DNA of 64,000 nt from Basidiobolus meristosporus CBS 931.73 (Eukaryota; Fungi; Basidiobolomycota), in assembly GCA_002104905.1 (NCBI GenBank), contig MCFE01000325.1, positions 30,733 to 94,732 on the forward strand, written 5' to 3'. Positions 52,950 through 64,000 of this stretch are shown in pieces. The notes under the pieces are model-generated. The model was not told the DNA's origin. It made no database searches and saw only the letters and a program-made list of their open reading frames with translations. Position numbers and translations under genes: made by a program. The number at the start of each line of letters is the position of its first letter. Within the stretch, counting starts at the first letter, position 1.

Positions 52950-54010
52950 CAACTTTGATATGGCTTACTCATCTGAGCAGTCCTTTCTTGTCAGTCCCAT
53001 CACTACCACTGGATTCCCTGGTGACACATCAGGGGAGATCTATACCAAGTAATGTGGACCATCAACCCCAGTCTACTGAAGGAGGTCCCTTGTCAATCTT
53101 CTCTGCTTTAACAAGAACTATTGCCCTACTAGGTTTCATCCCACCATTCATGACAACAGAAGTCCTAAAATCTTTCATTCCCAGCTTACAGCAATGGAGA
53201 ACCCACTTGCAGAGGGTTTGAATGACTTGGACCATATTTGGAATACTAGGCTCAGAAGCTCCAATAGACTTTCATATCCCAGTGTGTTCAGCAACAGGTT
53301 CCACATCCAAAGTATCTTGGATACCTTTGCAGTCAGGATTAACTGTCCATCTAGATGGCAGAGGCACTTTTCTTCTGGCAAATACAAGGCACACTGTGTG
53401 AAGTTTCTAGAACAGTCTGAGATTGAGGGAAACATCATCTGGTTTAGTAGGCCATGTGCTGGAAGTAGGCATGACAAAGCACTCTATGTAGCGAATCATC
53501 CAGAATTCAGTAGAGGAGAGAAATGTATGGCAGATTTGGCATAAATAGGAGAAGATTGCCAGCAATTATGATGTATTACAGCTTATAGGATGCCAAGGAG
53601 TGGAGTGCTTAGCAGGAAGCAGAAGCTCTACGATGAGATTTTTAGTCATTTCAGAGTGAGAGTAGAGCATATATGTGGATATCTAAATATATTCAGCATA
53701 TTGGCAGGTAAACACATTGGAAAGTCATATATAGGAGAAAACAGCAGCATAGGTAAAATAGCTAATATCAATATTGATGCACAGTATATTCATACAAGAA
53801 GATATCCACAGAGAGAAATCTGTCTGAAGAATTATGAGCAATTAACAAAGCAAGAAAAGCACTGTTCTACACAACATAAGTCAGATTGAGTAAAAATACC
53901 AGTAACTGTAAGCTACCACTGGCATAATGATAGAAAGTGGAGTATCAGATAGTGTCACTGAGTGCCAAATTAATTTGGCACTATGTGTTATTATCCAACA
54001 GAGCAAGTCT
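52950..54010 (+). mobile_element. PIF/Harbinger-superfamily (DDE_Tnp_4) transposase pseudogene with right terminal inverted repeat
   Basis: HTH-like LVNLLCFNKNYCPTR, then ILDTFAVRINCPS...FSSGKYKAHCVKF...CAGSRHD...CMADLA...FRVRVEHICGYLNIFSIL. The end TATCCAACAGAGCAAGTCT matches the foldback terminus at 18/19. Left end not found. Confidence 0.82.
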
Positions 54011-57000
54011 AATAATTTGGTTCTCAATGTGGATCCAATTTGGATCAGGCATCAATATCCTGTAAGGAGACTGAAATAATATTAGCTGCCAGAAGTTAAT
54101 GACCATCTGCATGATCTTATTACAGGTTCACATTGGTGTTTGGCTAATTTAAATAAAGTTAAAAAACATGGCAGTGTCTATAAGATGTTTTGCCAAGGGT
54201 GGGATGGCATTGTCCTGGTTTTAGTGCACTCTACAGCTATTTAAGTGGATCTAACCTGCTAGTACATCCAACTGCCTTATATGGCAAAAACTCAATGGTG
54301 TTTTGACAGCCTCTTTGCAGGCCATTGATGGTGTAATACTGGCAGTATGGTTGCCTAGAGCTAGTTCTGTATAATGCTACTGTACCAACTTACCAATTGG
54401 GATTTCCTTTTTCTAACTTACCTTGCACAATTCATATATTAGACTTGTTCCATTGGATAGTGCCACATTGAGCCATGAGTGCCAAATGATGCCATAGTGT
54501 GCCAGAGAGGTAAAGTGAGCCTATACATGGCCACAGAGTGTGAAACATAGCTCTGCATCTTCATGTAAAGCAGCCCTTGTGTTTCACCCATTTCACAGGA
54601 GAAAATCCATTTTTTTACCTTTTTCTGTGGATCAATGTAGCTCAGGATGTGTAAGAGCACAGGAGAACTGCATATATGCATCTGGTACTCAATACCCATG
54701 GCACTCTGAATCTAGCTCCTGTAGCTTGTATCATGTCACAAAAATGAATGGCACTATCTTGGTCCACTGGTACTATCTGGCACTATAAGTTCTTTGTATA
54801 GATCTTACTTTAGGACTTATATTTAAATATAGTGCCAGATAGTACCAGTGGACCAAGATAGTGCCATTCATTTTTGTGACATGATACAAGCTACAGGAGC
54901 TAGATTCAGAGTGCCATGGGTATTGAGTACCAGATGCATATCTTCAATCTGCTTGTGCCCTAACACATCCTGCACAACATTGATCCAAAAAAAAAGGGCA
55001 ATAAATGGATTTTCTTCAGCACAATGGGTGAAGCACAGGGGCTGCTTTGCATGAAAATCCAGAGCTATGTTTCACACTCTGTGGTCAGGTAGAGGCTCAC
55101 TTGGCCTCTCTGGCACACTATGGCATCATTTGGCACTCATGGCTTAATGTGGCACTATCCAACAGAACAAGTCTAAACCACTGTTGAATCACCCCTCTAT
55201 ATTTGCTCAGCTACTACCACCTTGGGTATTCCACCTATAGATGGAATCAAAAAACTATGGCCTCCTGCATACTAACCTCTACATACATGCACACCTGCCA
55301 CAATTGACCTACTTCTATTACCTAAACTTTACAGCTGTTTAGTGTGATACCTGCAAAGTTGCCATATACCTTGTACTGCTGGTAACATATACATCTTGCA
55401 AACATATGCATGGTTGCTGCCACTTCTGCCATGAGTACCTCCTGAATATCTACAAAGAACTTTTTGGTATTCAGCCAATATATTCTTTCTCCCTGCAGGA
55501 TTATAGTCCCCCATATAGGAGCACTCTGGTTCTTGTTTGTGTGAATTTTCAGCTTCTTAATTCCATAGGTGTAGGTGTCTCCATGTGTACCTCTGTCCAC
55601 AGTATTTTCCAACTCTTCCTGGCTGTTCTCCTTGTGCCAATGCATCACACCCATCACTGACCTGAAGGTAATGGTAGTCCTCCATGTGGCAACTCATCTC
55701 ATCCATGATGGACTTGCAGGCAATATTCTTGATGAGTTTGGGATATGGAAGTAACTGCAACTTGACTTCTCTTCCTATCTCCCTACACATCTGCTCCATA
55801 GGAAACTCTCAAAAGGTGAAATAAGGTCCAATATTGTCAACACGTCAAGCAAGATGGAATGGCAAATGGATACAGTAGTGGCAGAGATCTATACATTCAG
55901 CATTATGTTTGTAATATAGCCACTCAAATCCTGTCAGAAATTCTTTGCACAAAGGCTCTAAATGTGTCCAGCTGGCATTGGTGATCTGCTTGTGGAATAA
56001 ATAATCCCACAATGTCCATATATAACTCACAATGCTTCCAATGTACTCTTGGTAGAAATGGCTTTAAAAGGCCACTTGAATAAGTACATATCTGGATCAT
56101 CCAGTCCTTGCACTTGTATTGTTGCATAGGAGTATGAATGTTGAATGGAGCCCATGAGAGGTACTTTGGGTAGCAAATACTCTGCAATATTTTGCCAATT
56201 TTTTCAAATATCTCTGGTATCTCTAAGGGCTCATCTGTCTTAAAATGTCCCATGTACAACTTGGTCATCAGTAATGGGATATTGTTGAAGAGCAAATGCA
56301 TTGCCCCAATGGTAAGCTTATACTCCATCAGATACCCTCTATCTGAGGTATTTCCAGTTTCCAATTCAATCCATATTCTGGCTGATGGCTTATAGCTTAC
56401 TAACTTTGCTGCAATTGCATGCTGACTTCTGCACATTCTCTCTGCAGAAGGACTATGTTCTTAGTGTTGGTATTTGGGTAATAGTATATGCTTTGACATG
56501 ATGGCCATACACTATTATCCTGCCGGAATGCATAAAATATTCATCCAGCAATGGGTACAGGTAGCTATCCTGGTTGGATGGAAATTTAGGGCAAGATAAC
56601 CGTGAGGCAACAATCATATTTCTGCTGTGATACCTTAAGATAGGCAGCAGATTTAGATTGATGAGAGTCAGTGGACAGCAGTATTTGAAGGTAAAGTACT
56701 TGTTTAATGAGAACCAATCAAGTGACAAGGCAAAGGCATAGTCATACTCATCATCAGGGTAGCCCTTGCTTCTTAGCAGTTTGCAATGTTTGCCATCAAA
56801 TGTATTGGATATGTTTATACTTGATTGATACTGACTGCAGAGCTTTATGACTTCACAATATTTGTTGGACTGCATGAGCTTATTTAGATGGGGTATCACT
56901 GGAATAAATCCATTATATGAACAATGTCTTCTCCCAATGGTGGCAAATTCCAGACAAGTTGGAAACTAGCAATGTTGACATTTTCTGATGTGAATGCCAT

Positions 57001-59100
57001 GCAACTGTTAATACACACACTTGTACCATGTACATGGTAAGTAGCGTCCCAGGATAATTTTGGTAAGATTTAATTAGAAATTCTCAATGCCCCCATCACC
57101 AATATTAGTGGAAACACACCACTTCTCTAGCCACAACATCACATCATTCACCACTAGATGGATTACTGAGCTTGCTTAACTCCATAATATATCCTTAGCT
57201 TTTGCTTCAATGGGTATTGTTGCATTGCATAATGGGATTTTGCCAGGCTCATGCAGGATACTGTTGTTGGGGAATATAGGCTCACAATCCATCAGTGTGC
57301 CTTCTACTACAGAGCTATCACTCTGTGTGCCAAATTCAGAAGGCTGGGGTGAGCCTGAACACATCACAAACTTGCCTAACTCAGTTTGTGCAAGGTCACA
57401 AGTGCATCTAGGTACTGTTTTGGAAGTATCAAGTGGCCAGCAAGATATTATTGGTACAGTAGTAACTGGTGAACAATCAAATATAACTTGTGTGGTAAAA
57501 TACTGGCCATGAACTTTGTAATACTTTATATGCTGTCTGCATGCTTCATGGCTGAGAGGCTTGTCACAATAGTCACATGGTCATTCTTCTCTATTCCTGT
57601 GGTGTTGAATCAATGTAGTCTTGTCCATGGGGTAAACAGTTTGACACTCAACAATGTATTGCTATTATATCACTTTTTTGTCAATACTCATGTGAATCTA
57701 AGACAGACATGTATTTGAGACATTGTACCTACATGAATGCAAGATTCAATGATGACCTGCCATGGTAAGCATTATAAACAAAGCTGTGGCTCCATACACT
57801 CAAATATATGTAACATCACTTCCCCTTTGGTTTGACCTACTTTCATATGTATGCCACCCAATAATAAAGCAAAGCCTTCTGGTTTCCAACCAAACCCCAC
57901 CACTGAAAGCCGCAGAAGAATGGTTGGATAACAACATACTTTGACATTCAGTGCAACAAGCAGGGCTACAATCAAAAAGTTCCTATGGACATTGTGCCCA
58001 CTGAAGGTAATAATATGTACTCTACAGGCTCTCAGTCAAGTAGGAGATTGTGAATCTCTGCAGAGCCACAAGTTCACCATAATGCTGAGGCAGATAAGAA
58101 TGTAGCAAAGGCAGTACATTAAGTGGAAGAGCAGCAGGAGACTGTGATAACATCACCATCACCTGTATAACCAAGAATGCTGTCAGCTCATACCAAAGCA
58201 TCACTGAGGCAATTAGGTGCAGTGGCAGATAGGATAGATGCAATGGCCCAGAGAAATCAGCAAATAGCTTGGAAACAGGATGAGCAGATAAAAGATGCAT
58301 ATCAATCAATATCCCAGGAAGAGAAAGCAGTATCTTTACTGCAAAAAAGGAGCTCAAGTAGCTCCATGTTACAGCCAAAAATTGAGACATTTCCCAATGT
58401 AACAGCAGATGAATATTGTATAGTCTTTGAAGCATAACAACAGTGCCAAAAGACAAAGCCTGCATAAAAACTTATCACAGCATGGGAGGGAGAAAATGTA
58501 GTGTTTATAACAAGGACTAAAAATCAAAAGGTATTGAAGATCTGTTAAGCCATTGAGTACAGCAATCAAGTGTGGGCTAATATTTCAGAGGCCATTAGAA
58601 GTCTAGCATGCCAACACCTTAAGGCTGGCATACCATGGGACCTTCAGGAACTCAAGGCCAAGCAGAATGTACTGACTTGCTTCATGAACATTGTCCTGGA
58701 CTCAAACAAGCAAACAGATTTTAGGCTGCCATTGGTGTGCTAAGAAAGTATCTCATGAATAGCAGAAACTATCAAAGGCAGAAGATCAAGGGTGCAATGG
58801 CTAAAAACTACTGACTTCCTCAAGAGCCTGCTACAAGCAAGGTCAAAAGCTTTAAACAAGTGCCAAAGGGACATCAGGGAGCTGGAAATGTGCTGATAAG
58901 GGAAAAGTAAGCAGACACAGATGCACCAGCATAACATTTCCCAACAAAAAAGCGTAGTTTTATTCAAGAAGCACTCAGCAACATTAGCAGTGAAGGACCT
59001 AGCAGTGATAGAGGAAAAGGTAAAGGGAAAAAGTCTACCCAAGTAAGAGACACACTTTTTTTATTTTATCAGTGCTGTGATAATACTTGCATGATACTTT
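54011..59100 (-). mobile_element. Most complete CACTA-like copy: transposase on minus (~54300-57700) and ORF2 on plus (~57950-59040), interrupted by a foldback element
   Basis: ORFs 56453..56899, 55924..56436, 55845..56030 and 55557..55799 cover Transposase_21 and DUF4218-like motifs. ORF 58177..58437 is ORF2. Confidence 0.8.
54441..55174. mobile_element. Second 734-bp foldback element
   Basis: Same termini, same length and same palindromic structure as 20961-21694. Flanks ATT / AAA (degraded 3-bp TSD). Confidence 0.88.
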
Positions 59101-59129
59101 TGCAGTCTTTTAGCCCTCTATTACTATTA

Positions 59130-61255
59130 TGAGTGGACCCAGTTGGCCAGGACATCCAATTGCTTTATATGGCATGCAACTTGACAGTATTTTGATGGCC
59201 TCACAGCCAGACTCTGATGGTATTATATTGGCAGTATGACAGCCTACCACTGGTTCTGTATAATGCTACTATACCAATTTACTAAATGGTATCTTCTTTT
59301 TCTACCTCCCCTTGTGCTGTTCATAAATACCACTGTAGAATCATTCCTCTTCATTTACTTACCCACTACTACCTTGGGTATTCCACATATAGCTTGAATC
59401 ATAAAAGACTATGGCCTCCTGCTTACCAACCTCTACAAATGAGCGCACCTGCCACAATTTACATACTTCTATCACCTCAACTTTACAGCTCCTTAGTGTG
59501 ATACCTGCAAAGTTGTCATATACCTTATACTGCTGGTAGTACACCCATCTTGCAAACATCTGCTTGGTTGTTGCCTCTTTTGCCATGAAAACCTCCTGAA
59601 TATCCACAAAAAACTTCTTGGCATTTAGCCAATATATTCCTTCTGCCTGCTGGATTCTAGTCCCCCTTATAGGTGCACTCTGGCTCTTGTTTCTGTGAAT
59701 TTTGTATGCAATGCTGTAGAAATGGGCTTGTGACCATGAGAAATCCGGCATATCTTGGTAGAGTTTTCCTGGTAATAATCAGTTGCTTGATGCACCCAAC
59801 CCAACTTTGCATTACTTAACTGCTTACCCATGCATTGGGGCAGCTTAACTTCTTAATGCCATAGGCATAGGTGTCTCCAGGTGCACATTTGTCCTCAGTA
59901 TTTTCCAACTCTTTCTGGTAGTCCTCCATGTGCCAACTCATCACATCCATGATGGACTTGAAGGCAATATTCATGATGAGATTGGGATATGGTAGTACCT
60001 GTAACTTGACTTATCTTCTTATCTCCCCACACATCTGCTCCATAGGAAACTCCCACAAGGTGAAGCAAGGCCCAATACTCTCCAGACACCATGCAAGGTG
60101 GAGTAGAGAATGGATACAGTAGTGGCAGAGATCTATGCATTCAGCTTTATGTTTGTAGCACTGCCACTCAAATCCTCACACAACAGCTGTAGATGCATCA
60201 AGTTGGCATTGGTGATCCACTTCTGGATAGATATTCCTATAATGTCCACATATAACTCCCAATGGTTCCAATGGACTCTTGGTAGGAATGGCTTCAGGAC
60301 ACCACTTGGATAAATATATATCCAGCTCATCCGGTCTTTGCAATTGTGTTGTTGCATATGCATATGAATATTAATTGGAGCCCATGAGAAGTACTTAGGG
60401 TAGTAAATATTCTGTAATATCTTGCCAATTTTTTCAAATTTCTCCGGTATCTCAAAGGGCCCATTTAGCTTAAAATGCCCCATGTACAACTTGGTCATCA
60501 GTATAGGGATATTGTTGAAGAGCAAATGCATTGCTCCCAGTGGAAAGCTTTTGTTTCAACGGGCACCCTTTATCTTAAGTAGCTCTGGTTTCTGATTGAT
60601 CCCTTATTCCGGCTAATGGCTTATAGCTTGCCAATTTGCTGCAATTGCATGCTTACTTCTGTATGTTCTCTCTGTGGAAAGATGATGCTCCTTGTGCTGG
60701 TATTTGGGTAATAATAATGAGCGTGAGTTATGGAGTAAATCCCCTGGATCTCACACATTTGACAGCAATACTGTACATTTTGCCCAGAAAACCTGCTATC
60801 ATGCTGATGGCCAGGGTATCTCTAATACAGACTATAATATGAGCTTTTACATGGCAGCCATTGACCATTATCCTGCTGGAAAGCATATAAAATTCATCCA
60901 GCAATGGATACAGGTGGCTATCCAGGTTGAACAGTGATTTAGGCCCAGATACCAGTGAGACTACCATCAGATGTTTGCTCTGATACTCTAAGATGGGCAG
61001 CAGACTCAGATTGATGAGCATCAGTGGCCAGCAGGATTTGCTTGTAGACTACTTGTTTAATGAGAATCCGTCAAGTGCTAAAGCAAAGGCATGGTCATAC
61101 ATACCTTCAAAGTAGCCCTTGCTTCTTAGCTGTTTGCAATGTTTGCCATCCAATATATTGGATATGTTTGCGCTTGATTGACACTGAGTACAGTACTGTA
61201 TAGCTTTGCAATATTTGTAGGACTGCATCAGCTTCCTCAGATGGGGTATGACTGG
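59130..61255 (-). mobile_element. Further CACTA-like transposase copy in tandem, truncated by a gypsy G LTR
   Basis: ORFs 59359..59751, 60133..60531, 60728..61021 and 61049..61297 are paralogous to those at 55300-56900. Confidence 0.8.
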
Positions 61256-61795
61256 TGTGGTGGTGTATAAGTCCAAAGGGCAAAATACAGCCAACACTTC
61301 TCAAGTGTGTATTTGTGTGGGGTGTTCACTGGGTGCAAAAATCTCTGGCAAAAGCTTGCTAGGAATATTGGGTCTTTTTTCTAATCTAATATGAAGGGGG
61401 ATAAAGCCTCAAGCTTATTAAGGGAAAACTATTGAGCTACAATCCCCAACTTAGTTGGCTTCTTAACAAAAGCTTATAATGGCTTCAATGTCCTTTGAGA
61501 TGACAATGTACTAAAGCTTCCAAAGTCAAAACAACTGTAAACTCCACCAACAGTGACTTGATAAGAATGCAGCTTTGAACAATAGTTACAAAGACAGAAA
61601 AGTATCTTTGCCTGTACAAGAACAAACTTGGGAAGCAATCAAATATAATAAAATATACCTACTCTGAGTATTCCTCACAAGTAGTGCCTCCAAGGTCAGT
61701 TGGCTGTCAGCGTGGTTTCCTGGGAGTATTGTCAGGTCTGAGTCAGAAAGTAGTGATAATAGGTAGCGGTGTAGTGGGGTGACAGTGACACCCAC
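61256..61795 (-). repeat. 3' half of a family G LTR in antisense orientation
   Basis: Reverse complement of about 62300-62839, ending ...TATACACCACCACA. Confidence 0.85.
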
Positions 61796-64000
61796 TGACA
61801 GATGTGCTCATTCCCTCATTTTCTACTTCCCTATATCTCTACTACATTTATTTTAGTTTTATCCCATTTGTCTTACCCAATTAGTACTATCCCATAAGCC
61901 GGTTGACTATCACACCTGCTTACCTTATTGCATAAGTTACCCCTCACTTTATGCAGATTACTAGCTATAAGTTCTTCTTTATTAGGCAAGTACCCGCACC
62001 AGTACCTGTGACACATGATCAACCCGTGTCACCATCCCTACCATTTTCATACCATATATGGTATCCCTATGTTACACAGGCTTCAGAGTACTGATTCCTG
62101 ATTGGTTTGATGTTCTGTGCCTCTTAGAACCTTACGGCACCTACTTAGAACATTCTTAGGTCATTCTGTTGTCATTAAGATTTCTATTGATATCCAGAAC
62201 CTTCTGGAACACCATGATTAGTAATCACTTAGCCAGTAAGAAAAGTATGTAAGGGAGGCTATCCCTCAACAATGAATCATCATCCCTTTTATCAATATAC
62301 CAACTTGTTGATTAGTGTGATCACTGCTACCTGCTGCTACCTGAACTTCCAACCCCAGACCACATGACACTCCCAGGAAACCACGCTGACAGCCAACTGA
62401 CCTTGGAGGCACTACTTGTGAGGAATACTCAGAGTATGTATCTTTTGTTATATTTGATTCTTTCCCAAGTTTGTTCTTGTACAGGCAAATATACTTTTCT
62501 GTCTTTGTAACTATTGACCACAGCTGCATTCTTATCAAGTCCCTGCTGGTGGAGTTTACAGTTGTTTTGACTTTAGAAGCTTTAGTACATTGTCATCTCA
62601 AAGGATGCTGAACCCAGCACATACTTTTGTTAAGACGCCAACTAAGCTGAGAATTGTAGCTCAATAGTTTTCCCTTGACAAGCTTGTGGCTTTATTCCCC
62701 TTCACATTAGATTAGAGACAGAACCGAAGTATTCCTAGCAAGCTTTTGCCAGCGGTTATTGCACCCAGTGTACACCCCACACATAAAACACTTGAGAAGT
62801 GTTGGACGTATCTCTCCCTTGGACCTATACACTACCACATATTTGGCACCCAACGTGGGGGGTTCATACAAGCTCCCTAGGACCCAACAAGATTTACCTG
62901 AAGATCTGAGCTGTTATCCACCTATTGAAAGGAGACTACCAATATTACCAAGATTACAACACCAACCTACCTACCCAAAATGAACTCTATGCCATTACCA
63001 CTCTCACATGGAGCCCCACAGTTTGATGGAAAGAATGTGGAAAGCTTCATATTCAAATGGGAGAAGCTCAGCAAGATGTGCAGCTTATCTAAACAGGAAA
63101 TGTCTGAAGACTTCCCCTACTACTGCACCAATGATATTACCGCTAAGCTTCTCAGACAAGGAGACATTCTTACTGACTGGGCCTTAATGAAGACCTACCT
63201 ACAGACCAAGTATGGTAGACCCCAGATATACTATGGAATTGAAGACCTCAGGCACTTTGTATGAACTGGACTTTCCAAGCTACCACTTGAAGAGTTCATT
63301 CAACAATATGAAGATATGGCCAAGACACTCCTAGAGTCCCAGGCTATAACTGAGTTTACCATGACACTTTACCTTGCACAAGGACTTCCCCAGGACTTGG
63401 CAAGGAAAGTTGACTTTCATGCAGCCAAGGATGACAAGTCTGGCATTCCTTGCTTTGCAGAGATGAAACATGTTCTCCTAGAGGCAAAGCAAACTTCTAC
63501 CTTCATGAGACTCCTGACATCTAATCTGCCAGACCAGTCAACCAAGGAGCTAAGGAGTGCTGCTGCTGACAATCAGATCTACACTACCAACAGAATTGAC
63601 CAACTTGCTGAACAGCTACAAAAGCTAGCCCTCAAGATTAATGGCTCAGCTGAGGTTGCTACTGAGGGCCAAAGACCTTTGCCCAGGCACTGCATCTGGT
63701 GTGACTCTACTGAGCATGCCAGACAAGAATGCTCAGGGCTTAGTCAGCTACTCAGAGAAGGAGCAGTACAGTTTGATGCTGATGGAATGCTTGCTGACAA
63801 GGAAGGAAGAAGGATTCCCACCAATTTCCAAAGAGGAGGGATGAGAGCCCTTTTCCAGAAATCTGACTCAGCAACTAGAAAGATTACTGTTGATGCCCCT
63901 ATTGGGACTCATAAAGTGAATCCAAGCAGCCCTGACAACAGACAATACAAAGTTGATGCCTTTGCTACCAAAAGACACCTCCCTGAAAGAACCTGCCAAA
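61796..64000 (+). mobile_element. Ty3/gypsy-like element G: 5' LTR 61796-62839, tRNA-Lys-type PBS at 62844, gag from 62980 running off the window
   Basis: PBS TGGCACCCAACGTGGGG (TGGCGCCCAACGTGGGG with one CpG transition). Gag GAPQFDGKNVESF...HCIWCDSTEHARQEC...GGMR is interrupted once by TGA at 63262-63264. Confidence 0.82.

Noticed and set aside
7150-61255. CACTA terminal inverted repeats for the Transposase_21 family
   Set aside because: No convincing CACTA/CACTG end with a 3-bp TSD was found at any copy boundary; all visible ends are insertion or deletion junctions.
6600-64000. Classical ascomycete RIP (CpA to TpA)
   Set aside because: CpA and TpG are abundant while CpG is what is missing. 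CGA is also well retained in the young copia, arguing against a strict TpCpG-specific process.

Overview
Eukaryotic, most likely fungal, genomic DNA (the lineage is an inference; the proteins look early-diverging-fungal) with two sharply different domains. Bases ~1-6600 are a GC- and CpG-rich island of three spliced housekeeping genes: peroxisomal acyl-CoA oxidase (-, with one apparent +1 frameshift), a G-patch/C2H2 zinc-finger protein (-) and a SETD6/Rkm4-like lysine methyltransferase (+, 13 exons). From ~6600 to the end is a ~57 kb block of nested, mostly dead transposons that is almost free of CpG. It contains two Ty1/copia families (one near-intact copy at 47019-51703, and one full-length copy at 11656-17041 inserted antisense into its own family), at least three Ty3/gypsy elements and several solo LTRs. 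It also holds about ten fragments of a CACTA/Transposase_21-type element that appears to carry three ORFs (ORF2 head-to-head with the transposase, ORF3 downstream), and a DDE_Tnp_4 (PIF/Harbinger-superfamily) transposase whose terminus matches a 734-bp almost fully palindromic foldback element with ANT-type 3-bp target duplications. The most interesting signals are: that transposase/foldback pair; sharp blocks of near-identity between the arms of a ~7 kb retroelement-built palindrome (possible arm-to-arm gene conversion); the three-ORF CACTA-like architecture; and an abrupt CpG-depletion boundary just past the methyltransferase gene. No rRNA, tRNA or CRISPR array was recognised. All alignments and counts were done by eye.
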